A stretch of 63,965 nt of DNA, the filler included, from Octopus bimaculoides (lineage: Eukaryota): assembly GCF_001194135.2 (NCBI RefSeq). It is 8 parts of 5 records of this genome, joined end to end, with 100 filler letters (N's around TTAATTAATTAA, not from the genome) between each part and the next. Parts side by side here need not be neighbours in the genome. Positions count along the whole stretch, not along the records: positions 21,344 to 28,157 come from NC_069004.1; positions 28,258 to 38,542 come from NC_069010.1; positions 38,643 to 42,767 come from NC_068981.1; 5 more parts are not named here. One strand, given 5' to 3'. The first letter of the stretch is position 1, and each line of letters starts with the position of its first letter. The notes beneath the pieces are model-generated. The model searched no databases. It was given only the letters and a program-made list of their open reading frames with translations, and had not been told where the DNA came from. Below are positions 24,851-38,680 of the stretch, in pieces. The position numbers and the translations under genes were made by a program.

Positions 24851-25629
24851 GACGGGCTTCTTTCAGTTTTCGTCAACTAAATACACTCACAAGGCTTTGG
24901 TCGGCCGGAGACTATCGTGGAAGATACTTGTCCAGGGTGCCACGCAGTGGGACTGAACCCAGAGCCATGTAGTTGGGAAGCAAGCTTCATAACACACAGC
25001 TACGTCTGCGCCTAAAGGTCTGATGCTCTACCGACTGAGCCGGCAGCAAGGAAGAGAGTTTTCTAAGAAATAGAAGAGAGGGAGAAATTCCTTCAAGGAC
25101 AATATCGCCCTCAGCGGAATTTGAACTCTGAACGTTAAGACGGATGAAATGTCACTAAGCATTTTGTCCGGCATGCTAACGATTATGTCAGCTCACTGCT
25201 TTAAACTACAGCAAGCGTGCGCGCGCGTGTGTAAGCATAAGTATGTAAGTTTATGTATATGTTTATGACTTTGTGCGTCTATACGCATGTGTGAGTCATT
25301 TGTGTGTATTTATGTAAGTGTATATGTGTGTGTTTATGTGTATACGTGTATGTATGTATGTATATGTGTTTGTGCGTATGTGCCTTTATGTGTGTATGTG
25401 TATAAGGTATGTATGAGAATCTATAAATATATACACGCAAGTGTGCGTATGTGGGCGTCTACATGCATACGTGTGTGTGTGTTTTTGTGTACATATGTAT
25501 ATATATATATATATATAAGTACGCATGTGTGTATGTGTATGTATAGCAGTGTATAGGTGTGTGCTTATGTATCTGTGTACATGTTGCGTCTGTGTATGTA
25601 TACGTTTTTCAGAGAGAGCGAGAGAGAAA

Positions 25630-25723
<94 letters not shown>

Positions 25724-25800
25724 CAGACAGAGACAAAGAGAGAGACAGAGAGAGAGACAGACAGAGACAGAGAGAGAGACACAGAGAGACACAGAGACAC

Positions 25801-25831
<31 letters not shown>

Positions 25832-27570
25832 AAGCCTGGGGAAATGTTTGTAGATGCGTTCACACGCATCTGTATTTCTTATGCAGGAAACGGTGACCTT
25901 GTTCCACTGACCACCAATCTCATCCGCTCATTGTTCCAATGAAGAAATGATAACAATCTTCAGTCTTTAAGAAAACCGGAGAAGCTGAAGACTTTTGGGA
26001 ACCACAGTGATCACGTGATGCCAGTGTCAGACTCTTACAGGAATCTTCAAGACAAACCAGAACTCACAGTAATTGCTTGTAACGCGACCTACAGATTAAT
26101 TATAAACGAGATAATTATAAAGACAATTAAACAGATTAATTATAAACGAGACAATAGCAACTGGCGTGGCTGTGTGGTAAGAAGTTTGCTTCCCAACCAT
26201 ATGAATCTTTTCTACTCTAGGCACAAGGCCCGAAATTTTGGGGGAGGGGCCAGTCGATTAGATCGACCCCAGTACGCAACTGGTGCTTAATTTATCGACC
26301 CCGAAACGATGAAAGGCAAAGTCGACCTCGGCGGAATTTGAATGTGCTAACGTTTCTGCCAGTTCGCCGCCAAGTGGTTGCTTCCCAACCACATGGTCCC
26401 GATGTCAATCCCACTGCATTGCACCACAGACAAATGCTGTTTTACAATAGCCTCGGGTCAACCAAAGCTTTGTTAGTGGATTTGGCACTGAAAGAAGTCC
26501 TTCATATATATATACATATTTATATATATATGTTGTAAGTTTTTCCCATATCGAAGTTCGATAAGCTGAAAAAAGCGTTTTTTATAGTTCACGTTTAGCA
26601 ACTAGGGTTGCTATGGATACGAATAAGAATCCAAGTTGAGAGAATGGATCAAGAAAAAATTCAGGCAACATACGTTTCCTTACTAGCAGATCTTCGGAAC
26701 TAATAATTACTTTCGTTGATAATTATTATCTCCGAGGATCTTCTAGCTAAGAAATATATTTAGCCTGGATTTTACCTGCTCCATTCTATCAACTTGGANN
26801 NNNNNNNNNNNNNNNNNNNNNNNNNNNNNNNNNNNNNNNNNNNNNNNNNNNNNNNNNNNNNNNNNNNNNNNNNNNNNNNNNNNNNNNNNNNNNNNNNNNN
26901 NNNNNNNNNNNNNNNNNNNNNNNNNNNNNNNNNNNNNNNNNNNNNNNNNNNNNNNNNNNNNNNNNNNNNNNNNNNNNNNNNNNNNNNNNNNNNNNNNNNN
27001 NNNNNNNNNNNNNNNNNNNNNNNATATATATATATATATAAGGCAAGCTGGCGGAAGAGTGCGAAATACTTAGCAATGTGTTTCGTTTTTCCTTACGTAC
27101 CGAGTTCAAATTCTGCTGAGGCTGACGTTGCCTTCCATCCTTCCGGGTTCGATATAATCAATACCAGTTGAATACTGGAGCCGATGCAATCGGCTTAACA
27201 ACTCCTGTATAAGAGTATAAAAAGTTGCAACCTCTGCTAAGCCAAGAGTATAAAAACTGCACTCTGTTGAGCCTGTGTGGCAGGGTGGGTTCATCAAACC
27301 GGTGTGATCTCAAGCTCAAAGCCACGGCCTCCACATTAGACTGTGGTTGGCGGAGAGAATATGCTCAGGCCTTCATATACTCATCCCTTTTTCTCCACAT
27401 CTGAAGCGTCTCTCGACAGATACTCTAGCACTTAGTCCCTCCCCTATAAAAATACGGTCGGGCCTTGATTCGAGTATTTCGTTTGAGGTTTGAACCACCA
27501 TCTTGAGTGTTTGGCCCTTCCAGTTTAGAGCCTCTCGCTTACCACACAGCCACTCCTGCGCCTATATTTG

Positions 27571-27620
<50 letters not shown>

Positions 27621-28288
27621 GGCAGTGAACTGGCTGAATGTTCTGAGCCAAATACCTTGCGGTATTGCGTCTGTCTTTACGTTCTGAGTTCAAAACCCTC
27701 TGAGGTCGATTTTTCCCTATTATCCTTTCGGGGTCGATAAACTAAGTACCCGTTAATCTCTGGGGTCGATGTAATAGACCAGCCCATCCAGCAAATTTCA
27801 GGCGTATAGTAGAAACAGTTATTATTTCTGCTACATATACAATAACTGTGTCTTATGCATGAAGGCTTTGTTCCAAGAAAAGTTAAAATTCAAAGGTCTT
27901 CAAAATTGATTTGTGTCCAATACAAAAAAAACAATGATTATCGTTATTATAATCATGTCAAAGTACAATACACAATAGCATGATACAGCATGATAAAGCA
28001 TTAAATTCGCGGAAAAATCCACCTCTACCACTACACTACCATCACCACTTCCTGACTCACTAAAATTTCTATTAGACGACGAAAAGATTAGATTAGGCGT
28101 AAAAACCGGCTGATGTCATTTCTCGTGTTGTTACTGTTATCATAATAACTATATATANNNNNNNNNNNNNNNNNNNNNNNNNNNNNNNNNNNNNNNNNNN
28201 NTTAATTAATTAANNNNNNNNNNNNNNNNNNNNNNNNNNNNNNNNNNNNNNNNNNNNGGAAGGAGAGGAGATATATATCTATATATAT

Positions 28289-28352
<64 letters not shown>

Positions 28353-28729
28353 GTGTGTATATATATATATGTGTGTGTATATATTTTTATATATGCATGT
28401 GTATATAGTGTGTATATATATAGGTGTGTGTGTGTGTGTGTACATGTAATATTGAGGAGGTGGGTGTCTAGGGAGAAGGATCAGAAGGGGAAAGGGGTGG
28501 GGCTGTCTCCCAGAGAATAGATTAATTAAATATCTATAATTAGCATCTATTAACAAGAGCTTTAGACAACGAGGCACACACACACACACACACATATACA
28601 AGAAAAAGGGAGAAAAGAACCAAAAAAAAAACTGGATAATAAATAAAAAGAAATTTTTATTAAAAAAAATGTTGTGTGTGTGTGTGTGTGTGTGTGAATA
28701 TGTAAGAGAGTTCGTGTGTTTGTGAGAGT

Positions 28730-29110
28730 GTGTGTGTGTGTGTGTTAGAGTGTCAGTGTGTGTATGTTTGTGTGTGTGTGTGTATGTGTGTGTTTATCTG
28801 AGAGTGTGTGAGAGAGAGAATATGCTTGTGTGTGTGTGAGAGAGGGAGAGAGAGAGAGTGTGTGTGTGTGTGTGTGTTTATCTGAGAATGTGTGTGAGAG
28901 AGAGAGTATGCTTGTGTGTGTGTGTGAGAGAGAGAGAGTNNNNNNNNNNGTGTGTGTTAGAGTGTCAGTGTGTGTATGTTTGTGTGTGTGTGTGTGTGTT
29001 TATCTGAGAGTGTGTGTGAGAGAGAATATGCTTGTGTGTGTGTGAGAGAGAGAGGGAGAGAGAGAGAGTGTGTGTGTGTTAGAGTGTCAGTGTGTGTATT
29101 CATGTGTGAG
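28730..29110. repeat. TG/AG-based compound minisatellite
   Basis: Blocks ttagagtgtcagtgtgtgtat and tttatctgaga...gagaatatgcttg each recur about three times. Confidence 0.8.
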
Positions 29111-30139
29111 TGCCTGTGTGAATGAGTGTGTGTGTGTGTATGAATTGATGTGTGTGAGTGTGTGAGAGAATGGTGTTGATGGTTGATGTTGTTGTTACCA
29201 TTGTTGCTGTACCTAGCCACACACACACACACNNNNNNNNNNNNNNNNNNNNNNNNNNNNNNNNNNNNNNNNNNNNNNNNNNNNNNNNNNNNNNNNNNNN
29301 NNNNNNNNNNNNNNNNNNNNNNNNNNNNNNNNNNNNNNNNNNNNNNNNNNNNNNNNNNNNNNNNNNNNNNNNNNNNNNNNNNNNNNNNNNNNNNNNNNNN
29401 NNNNNNNNNNNNNNNNNNNNNNNNNNNNNNNNNNNNNNNNNNNNNNNNNNNNNNNNNNNNNNNNNNNNNNNNNNNNNNNNNNNNNNNNNNNNNNNNNNNN
29501 NNNNNNNNNNNNNNNNNNNNNNNNNNNNNNNNNNNNNNNNNNNNNNNNNNNNNNNNNNNNNNNNNNNNNNNNNNNNNNNNNNNNNNNNNNNNNNNNNNNN
29601 NNNNNNNNNNNNNNNNNNNNNNNNNNNNNNNNNNNNNNNNNNNNNNNNNNNNNNNNNNNNNNNNNNNNNNNNNNNNNNNNNNNNNNNNNNNNNNNNNNNN
29701 NNNNNNNNNNNNNNNNNNNNNNNNNNNNNNNNNNNNNNNNNNNNNNNNNNNNNNNNNNNNNNNNNNNNNNNNNNNNNNNNNNNNNNNNNNNNNNNNNNNN
29801 NNNNNNNNNNNNNNNNNNNNNNNNNNNNNNNNNNNNNNNNNNNNNNNNNNNNNNNNNNNNNNNNNNNNNNNNNNNNNNNNNNNNNNNNNNNNNNNNNNNN
29901 NNNNNNNNNNNNNNNNNNNNNNNNNNNNNNNNNNNNNNNNNNNNNNNNNNNNNNNNNNNNNNNNNNNNNNNNNNNNNNNNNNNNNNNNNNNNNNNNNNNN
30001 NNNNNNNNNNNNNNNNNNNNNNNNNNNNNNNNNNNNNNNNNNNNNNNNNNNNNNNNNNNNNNNNNNNNNNNNNNNNNNNNNNNNNNNNNNNNNNNNNNNN
30101 NNNNNNNNNNNNNNNNNTATATATATCATCATCATCGTC

Positions 30140-30690
30140 GTCGTCGTTTAACGTCCACTTTCCATGCTAGCATGGGTTGGATGATTTGACTGAGGACTGG
30201 TGAAACCAGATGGCTACACCAGGCTCCAATCTGATCTGGCAGAGTTTCTACAGCTGGATGCCCTTCCTAACGCCAACCATTCCGAGAGTGTAGTGGGTGC
30301 TTTTACATGCCAGCCAGGAGGTACTAGCAACAGCCATGCTCAAAATGGTGTATTTTACGTGCCACCTGCACAGGAGCCAGTCCAGCGGTACTGGCAACGA
30401 TCTCGCTTGAATGTCTTTTCACATGCCACTGGCACAAGTGCCAGGAAGGCNNNNNNNNNNCTGGCAACGATCTCGCTTGAATGTCTTTTCACATGCCACT
30501 GGCACAAGTGCCAGGAAGGCGACGTTGGTAACGGTCACTCTTAAATTGTGCTATTTACGTGCCACCAGCACAGAAGCCAGACAGCTGGTGCTCTGACAAT
30601 GATGACGCTCGGACGGTGCTCTTAGTGATCCACTGGTACAGGTGCCATCACGATTTCGCTTTCGCTTGCCCCAACAGGTCTTCGCAAGCC
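30140..30690. repeat. Probable interspersed repeat (gctggatgcccttcctaacgccaacc motif)
   Basis: The motif is one I recall from RTE-associated repeats. A 60-bp block is duplicated across a 10-N gap (30390-30520), probably an assembly overlap. Confidence 0.5.
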
Positions 30691-31625
30691 GACTTTAGTG
30701 GTCAATGAAAGAGACCATTCCTCAGTGATTTGGAAAGGCTTTGGAATCAAAAGTTGTGGAAAATGGTCGTTATATTCGTAGAGGAAATGGTTGCTGCTTG
30801 TGGTTGGTAGGGTCTGGAGGTGGGTCTTGTTGGTCTTTAGCCCAAAGAAATATGCCTACGCATGTGCATACGTATATACATGTGTGTATGCGTATGTGAG
30901 CACGTGAACGCGTGATCATGTGTACATGTTTATTTATATTTTGTAAATTGATGGAATCTGTAAAATATGTTATTCTCGAAAAAGGAAATATTTTAAAAAT
31001 AAATGAATTTAATATTTAATTTCATATTTTTGTGTGTGCATGTATGCATGTGTGTCTGTGCATGTGTATATGCATGTGTGAACGCATGTATGTGCGTGTG
31101 TGTACGTGTGTGTGTCTATTTGTGTGCGTGTGTGTGTCTATTTGTGTGTGCTTGCATGCATGTGTGAGCGCATGTACGTGCATGTGTGTGTGTGTGTCTA
31201 TTTTTGTGTGTGTGTGTCTCTATTTGTGTGTGTGTGTGTCTATTTGTGTGTGTGTGTCTATTTGTGAGTGCCTGCCTGCATGTGTGTGTCTGTGTGTATG
31301 TGTGCTCACGTGTGTGTGCGTGCATGCATGCATGTGTTTGTGTGCGCATGTGTGTGTCTGTGTGGAAAACTGCTAAACTAAATACAATTCGGATAAAAAT
31401 TAGCAGTTTTACTTCCATTAGAACAGCTGCGATTTCAGAGCAAACCGTTTCCGCCTGCATTAAGCATCTGTAATTTGCTGCTCACTCCCTTCTCCACTCC
31501 TTGCTTTAAATTCCTTAAATCAGCAAAGTGAGTGTGGGGGGAGGGGAGCCACACCATGGAATCAAAATATCCTTGATCAATGACAACCTAGCCATGACCA
31601 TGCTGCCTGTTTTTTTTTTTTTTTT

Positions 31626-32047
31626 GCAGAGAGTGGCTGTGTGGTAAGTAGCTTGCTTACCAACCACATGGTTCCGGGTTCATTCCCACTGCGTGGCACC
31701 ATCAGCAAGTGTCTTCTACTATAGCCTCGGGCCGACCAAAGCCTTGTGAGTGGATTTGGTAGACGGAAACTGAAAGAAGCCCGTCGTATATATGTATATA
31801 TGTATATATATATATATATGTGTGTGTGTATATGTTTGTGTGTCTGTGTTTGTCCCCCCAACATCGCTTGACAACCGATGCTGGTGTGTTTATGTCCCCG
31901 TAACTAACTTAGCGGTTCGGCAAAAAGAGACCGATAGGATAAGTACTAGGCATCCAAAGAATGAGTTCTGGGGTCGATTTGCTCGTCTATAAAGGCGGTG
32001 CTCCAGCATGGCCGCAGTCAACTGACTGAAACAAGTAAAAGAGTAAA
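31626..32047 (+). mobile_element. Near-complete SINE family B (gagtggctgtgtggtaag...ccactgcgtggcacc...internal TA/TG tract...ggcggtgctccagcatggccgcagtc)
   Basis: tRNA-like head (GGTTCATTCCC), CORE-like ggcaagtgtctt segment, internal microsatellite, short-repeat tail. Matching copies at 54627-55045 and 59068-59442. Confidence 0.85.
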
Positions 32048-33439
32048 GAGAGACAGTGTATCAAGGAATACAGCACACCGACAGACACACAGGTTTTATA
32101 TCACAGACTATTACACCCAGAGGAGACCACACACGCATTACATACGTCTGTCTTATACTCGGGGTACCTCACCAAGCATGCTCAGTACATCACATATGCC
32201 ACGCACACACACACACACACACACACANNNNNNNNNNNNNNNNNNNNNNNNNNNNNNNNNNNNNNNNNNNNNNNNNNNNNNNNNNNNNNNNNNNNNNNNN
32301 NNNNNNNNNNNNNNNNNNNNNNNNNNNCACACACACACACACATATTCACTGAGGTATTGCGATGCTATTAATATGGTGTTAGACCCAAAATATACACAT
32401 GGTTCAGTATGAAGCGTCAGTAGGGTACAGAGCGGCAATAACAAATTGGAGTGACAAAGGAATAAACTCCATAGCAAATTTGTCTATTTCTTTGTCATTC
32501 AAATATATATATACATAGAAATATATATACATACAAATATATATAAAAAAAATAAGCAACACGAATTTCAAAGGTGATTGCAGTACGCACGTTTCATGCT
32601 ACTCCAATTTATTTAAGTAATGCGAGCATTACCTTAAATGCAATATGAAGAGCAATCTTCAGCTGCACGAAAATGCAGAAAAAATTACTGTAGAAAAGAC
32701 ATATTATAAATGTGGGAACATTTCAAATGCAAGTGGGAGAGAGAATACATAAAAATCCAAATGGGAGGAAGAATACATAAATCCATCTTGACATAGCCGA
32801 GTCTATCAGGCTAGTAATTGATTCTAGACAAAAGTTTTAACTGTCTCAGATTCTATTGTTTCTTATCTAGTGGTGATAGCATAAGGGACAATTNNNNNNN
32901 NNNNNNNNNNNNNNNNNNNNNNNNNNNNNNNNNNNNNNNNNNNNNNNNNNNNNNNNNNNNNNNNNNNNNNNNNNNNNNNNNNNNNNNNNNNNNNNNNNNN
33001 NNNNNNNNNNNNNNNNNNNNNNNNNNNNNNNNNNNNNNNNNNNNNNNNNNNNNNNNNNNNNNNNNNNNNNNNNNNNNNNNNNNNNNNNNNNNNNNNNNNN
33101 NNNNNNNNNNNNNNNNNNNNNNNNNNNNNNNNNNNNNNNNNNNNNNNNNNNNNNNNNNNNNNNNNNNNNNNNNNNNNNNNNNNNNNNNNNNNNNNNNNNN
33201 NNNNNNNNNNNNNNNNNNNNNNNNNNNNNNNNNNNNNNNNNNNNNNNNNNNNNNNNNNNNNNNNNNNNNNNNNNNNNNNNNNNNNNNNNNNNNNNNNNNN
33301 NNNNNNNNNNNNNNNNNNNNNNNNNNNNNNNNNNNNNNNNNNNNNNNNNNNNNNNNNNNNNNNNNNNNNNNNNNNNNNNNNNNNNNNNNNNNNNNNNNNN
33401 NNNNNNNNNNNNNNNNNNNNNNATATATATATATATATA

Positions 33440-33600
33440 TAGTCACCGTTTCTCTCAATAGCAATGTTCTGCATTCGAATGAGAGCATGTATCCCTGCCC
33501 CGTAAAATTCCGTTGACTGTTCTTCGAGCCACTTTTTCACTACAGTTTTCACTTCCTCGTCTCTGGAATAATGTTTGCTTCTCAAACCCCTCTTTCATGG
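33440..33600 (-). mobile_element. Mariner transposase C-terminal fragment
   Basis: RSKHYSRDEEVKTVVKKWLEEQSTEFYGAGIHALI...IERNGDY matches the mariner C-terminus (F/Y..GI..L..RW...I...GDY). Cut by a gap. Confidence 0.85.
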
Positions 33601-33984
33601 GGTCGAAGAGATGATAGTCGATCTCGGCGGAATTAGAACTCAGAACGTAAAGGCGGACGAAATCACGCTAAGCATTTTGTCCGGCATGCTAACGATTCTG
33701 CCAAGCTCCGCCGCCTTGAGTGAAGTCGTGAAATACTGAGTGAAGCTTTGAAAAGGTTAAGTAAGTGAAGCGTTGAGTGTGACTGTGAGTGTAAACTCAT
33801 TGAGACATGAAAAGTCTGAAATCCGATGAAGACAAAAGAATTCCAGAGAAATATATAAAGGAAGATATTGATTGATAAATGGTCGATAGATCGATACAGT
33901 TGTCAAAGAGAGAAGTGAGGAGTTTTATGAGAAATATAACATGATGGGCGTGGGGGGTTGATGGAGGAAAGGGGTGGTGGTGGT

Positions 33985-34130
33985 GGTGATAGGGGGTGAC
34001 GGAGACGGCGATGGTAGTGATAATGATGATGATGATGATGATGATGATAGTGGTGGTGGTGGTGATGATGATGATGACGACGACGACGACGACGATGATG
34101 TTGATGTCAATTGCGACGGTGACGATGATG

Positions 34131-34181
<51 letters not shown>

Positions 34182-34185
34182 GTGG

Positions 34186-34231
<46 letters not shown>

Positions 34232-34290
34232 GGCGATGGCAGTGGTGAAACTGGAGGTGATGATAGGGATGATAATGATGGTGATGCTGT
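33985..34290. repeat. Compound (GAT/GGT/GAC)n low-complexity tract
   Basis: Trinucleotide mosaic that is open in several frames on both strands. Confidence 0.9.
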
Positions 34291-34439
34291 TATTGTGCAA
34301 AGGACAGGAATGTTGTTGCTGTTGTTGTTGTTGTTGTTCAGATCAAAGAAAAAGACCAAAGAAGCAGGTTCTACCTGGTTTTGTTTGCTGAAGATTGCGC
34401 TTTGATTTCTCAAACATTTGAGGGAATTCAGGAAACGTT

Positions 34440-35105
34440 GGATGGGTTTAACTGTGGCAGATCGTGCATTTGGACCGACTATCATCAAGAAAACTGAAGT
34501 TTAAATTCCAGCCAAGGTCTGGGGCAGGACACACTCAAGATCCAAACGTGATGACTGACAAAAAGCCACTCAAATGGGTCAGGTCATTTAAATATCTCGG
34601 GAGTACAATAAACTTTAAGGGTAGTCTTGATGACGAAATCAGTGTTGGAATATCTAAGGCTACACTGCTATTGGAAAACTTTCCCATTGTTTGTGGGATG
34701 AAAACTAAAATATGAGTATACAAATCTTGTATTTTGAGCACACGTTTGTATGGGATAGAAGCATACACTCCCTACTAAACGCATATAAAGAAACTTGAAC
34801 CCTTCCACGCGGGCTATTTGCGCAACATATGCAACATAAAATGGCAAAGATAAGTTATTAAATGTCAAAGACTTAGAAAAATGTAATATTTCCAGTTTCC
34901 AAAGTATGTTTCTGAGAACTCAGTGCAGATGAGTTGTTCGAATGAAGGATGGTCGTATTCCCAAAATTCTTTTCTATGCCCAACAAGGGGAGGGATATTG
35001 CGTCAAAGGAAGAGTTGCTCTTAGGTATAAGAATAGTTTAAAACAATTACTAAAATCTCTACAGCTTAACTTGACGTCTTGGGAATGTCATTGCCTACAC
35101 CGATC
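34440..35105 (+). mobile_element. RTE/BovB-like LINE, RT end and C-terminal fragment, degraded
   Basis: VRSFKYLGSTI...LDDEISVGISKA, then YKSCILSTRLYGIEAY, then RMKDGRIPKILFY...RYKNSLK. Confidence 0.8.
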
Positions 35106-35960
35106 TGCATGGCATATATATANNNNNNNNNNNNNNNNNNNNNNNNNNNNNNNNNNNNNNNNNNNNNNNNNNNNNNNNNNNNNNNNNNNNNNNNNNNNNN
35201 NNNNNNNNNNNNNNNNNNNNNNNNNNNNNNNNNNNNNNNNNNNNNNNNNNNNNNNNNNNNNNNNNNNNNNNNNNNNNNNNNNNNNNNNNNNNNNNNNNNN
35301 NNNNNNNNNNNNNNNNNNNNNNNNNNNNNNNNNNNNNNNNNNNNNNNNNNNNNNNNNNNNNNNNNNNNNNNNNNNNNNNNNNNNNNNNNNNNNNNNNNNN
35401 NNNNNNNNNNNNNNNNNNNNNNNNNNNNNNNNNNNNNNNNNNNNNNNNNNNNNNNNNNNNNNNNNNNNNNNNNNNNNNNNNNNNNNNNNNNNNNNNNNNN
35501 NNNNNNNNNNNNNNNNNNNNNNNNNNNNNNNNNNNNNNNNNNNNNNNNNNNNNNNNNNNNNNNNNNNNNNNNNNNNNNNNNNNNNNNNNNNNNNNNNNNN
35601 NNNNNNNNNNNNNNNNNNNNNNNNNNNNNNNNNNNNNNNNNNNNNNNNNNNNNNNNNNNNNNNNNNNNNNNNNNNNNNNNNNNNNNNNNNNNNNNNNNNN
35701 NNNNNNNNNNNNNNNNNNNNNNNNNNNNNNNNNNNNNNNNNNNNNNNNNNNNNNNNNNNNNNNNNNNNNNNNNNNNNNNNNNNNNNNNNNNNNNNNNNNN
35801 NNNNNNNNNNNNNNNNNNNNNNNNNNNNNNNNNNNNNNNNNNNNNNNNNNNNNNNNNNNNNNNNNNNNNNNNNNNNNNNNNNNNNNNNNNNNNNNNNNNN
35901 NNNNNNNNNNNNNNNNNNNNNNNNNNNNNNNNNNNNNNNNNNNNNNNNNNNNNNNNNNNN

Positions 35961-36005
35961 NGGATTTGGTAGACGGAAACTGAAAGGAGCCCGTCGTATA
36001 TATGC

Positions 36006-36045
<40 letters not shown>

Positions 36046-36640
36046 TTGTGTGTCTGTGTTTGTCCTCCTAGCATTGCTTGACAACCGATGCTGGTGTGAT
36101 TATGTCCCCGTCACTTAGCGGTTCGGCAAAAAGAGACCGATAGAATAAGTACTAGGCTTACAAAGAATAAGTCTCGGGGTCGATTTGCTCGACTAAAGGC
36201 GGTGCTCCAGCATGGCCGCAGTTAAATGACTGAAACAAGTAAAAGTATATATATATATATATATATCGAGATTCAATTGAGTAAGGTACTTAAAGGTAAG
36301 GCACCTGGTTAGGTCAGAATTAGTTTGCTTACACACCAATTATACACGAATACCAACATCGGTATCGAAGTACTGGCAGAAGGATAATTAGGTTATGTAT
36401 GCAATTAATACATGTATACGTAATATATATTTGCGTGCGTGTTTGTCTCACCACCGCCGTTGCTTGACAACCGATGTTGGTGTGTTCACGTCCCCGAAAC
36501 TTAGCGGTTTGGCAAAGTAGACTAATAGAATAAGTACTAGGCTTAGAAAGAATAAGTCCTGGGGTCGATTTGCTCGACTAAAAGGCGGTGCTCCAGCATG
36601 GCCGCAGTCTAATGACTGAAACAAAAGAATAAAAAGAATA
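35961..36640 (+). mobile_element. Two partial SINE family B copies
   Basis: 35961-36243 and about 36440-36640 share ttgacaaccgatg...cttagcggtt...gataagtactaggctt...ggcggtgctccagcatggccgcag. Confidence 0.8.
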
Positions 36641-36685
36641 TATGCATGTATGTATGTGTGTGTGTATGTATGTATCTATCAATAC

Positions 36686-36718
<33 letters not shown>

Positions 36719-37067
36719 GATGAGAAGCTTCTTTCAATTTCCCTCCACCTAACCGGGTAACAATATCTGTTTTCAAGATAATCCACGAGGCCAGGATTTT
36801 GTGGAGGAATGGGTTAAGTCGATTAAAATCAGCCTCACAACTTTACAGACGCTTTGTTTTATGGTTTGGTTTTTTTATTGACTGTGAAAAACGATGAAAG
36901 TTGATGTTGGGTCCTAGCTGGATTCGAACTCGAAATGTTAAACGGTCGTTTCTAAATATCGAAAGGTATTTCGTCTGACGCTCTAACCATCGGGCTAATA
37001 TGCAATTGTATCGCGATTTTTTCTTGTGCATGTGTATGTATGTATATATCGATGTATGCATATATGA

Positions 37068-37101
<34 letters not shown>

Positions 37102-37266
37102 ATTGCGCACGTACGTGTACATGTAATATGTATACGCGCACGAACACATGCACTCACATACATATACGCACGTGCATACATACAAATATACATATATACA
37201 CGCATATAAACACACGCACATACACACACACATACGTAAATACAAACACATACACCCATACACACA

Positions 37267-37309
<43 letters not shown>

Positions 37310-37330
37310 ATATATATACATAACAAACAA

Positions 37331-37361
<31 letters not shown>

Positions 37362-37449
37362 CATATATATATAAACATACACGTATAAATTCATCCGTAT
37401 GGACCTAGGAACGTATGTTAATATATATACATATACATATGTATGTGTA

Positions 37450-37497
<48 letters not shown>

Positions 37498-37585
37498 AGT
37501 GTGTGTATAAAATATAGGTATATATAATATATATGTATATATCCTCGGTTATCAATATATGCATGTATGGCCGTGTGTCGGCCTC

Positions 37586-37622
<37 letters not shown>

Positions 37623-37999
37623 ACCGCACCGTCTGTCTGTGTGTCCGACACTTCTATAACAGCTCTCCCCTTTGTTTACAGACGTTCTTTTGTCTTCTCC
37701 GCTTTTGNNNNNNNNNNNNNNNNNNNNNNNNNNNNNNNNNNNNNNNNNNNNNNNNNNNNNNNNNNNNNNNNNNNNNNNNNNNNNNNNNNNNNNNNNNNNN
37801 NNNNNNNNNNNNNNNNNNNNNNNNNNNNNNNNNNNNNNNNNNNNNNNNNNNNNNNNNNNNNNNNNNNNNNNNNNNNNNNNNNNNNNNNNNNNNNNNNNNN
37901 NNNNNNNNNNNNNNNNNNNNNNNNNNNNNNNNNNNNNNNNNNNNNNNNNNNNNNNNNNNNNNNNNNNNNNNNNNNNNNNNNNNNAACACCACCACAACT

Positions 38000-38060
38000 A
38001 CTACTACTACTACTACCACCAAAACAGCCCTCACCACGACTACCACCGCCGCCTCCATCG

Positions 38061-38104
<44 letters not shown>

Positions 38105-38165
38105 GTACTTTCGCCATCATTATAACTACTGTCAACATCATCATCATCATCATAACCACTATCAT

Positions 38166-38203
<38 letters not shown>

Positions 38204-38542
38204 TTACTACTACTACCTCTACAATTACAAGCATCGTCATCACCCACATCATCACCATCATGACCACCACTACTACTACTACTGCTATTATTATTAATAC
38301 TACCACTGCTGTTACTACTACTACTACCACTACAATCGCAAGCACCGTCACCACCCACACCACCACCACCACCACCACAACTACTACTACTACCACTACA
38401 ATCACAAGCATTACCACTCATACCACCACCACCACCACCACCACTACTACTACTATCACTACAATCACAAGCATCACCATTCATACCACCCACACCACCA
38501 CCACCACCACCACAACTACTACTACTACCACTACAATCACAA
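38000..38542. repeat. (CTA/CCA/CAT)n tract with a ~57-63-bp higher-order minisatellite
   Basis: The unit actacaatc(g/a)caagca...caccaccacc recurs about four times from 38330 to 38542. Confidence 0.85.
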
Positions 38543-38642
38543 NNNNNNNNNNNNNNNNNNNNNNNNNNNNNNNNNNNNNNNNNNNNTTAATTAATTAANN
38601 NNNNNNNNNNNNNNNNNNNNNNNNNNNNNNNNNNNNNNNNNN

Positions 38643-38680
<38 letters not shown>

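Noticed and set aside
30390-30520. 60-bp direct repeat across a 10-N gap, superficially CRISPR- or LTR-like
   Set aside because: Identical copies flanking a nominal gap indicate an unmerged contig overlap. There are no spacers and the context is eukaryotic.
31460-31520. Minus-strand SGEGSEQQI, similar to the elastase EGSEQ motif
   Set aside because: Bounded by in-frame stops, no splice sites, different segment.
33974-34405. Asp/Gly-rich 143-aa ORF resembling acidic mollusc biomineralisation proteins
   Set aside because: Trinucleotide mosaic open in several frames on both strands, with no signal peptide or splice context.
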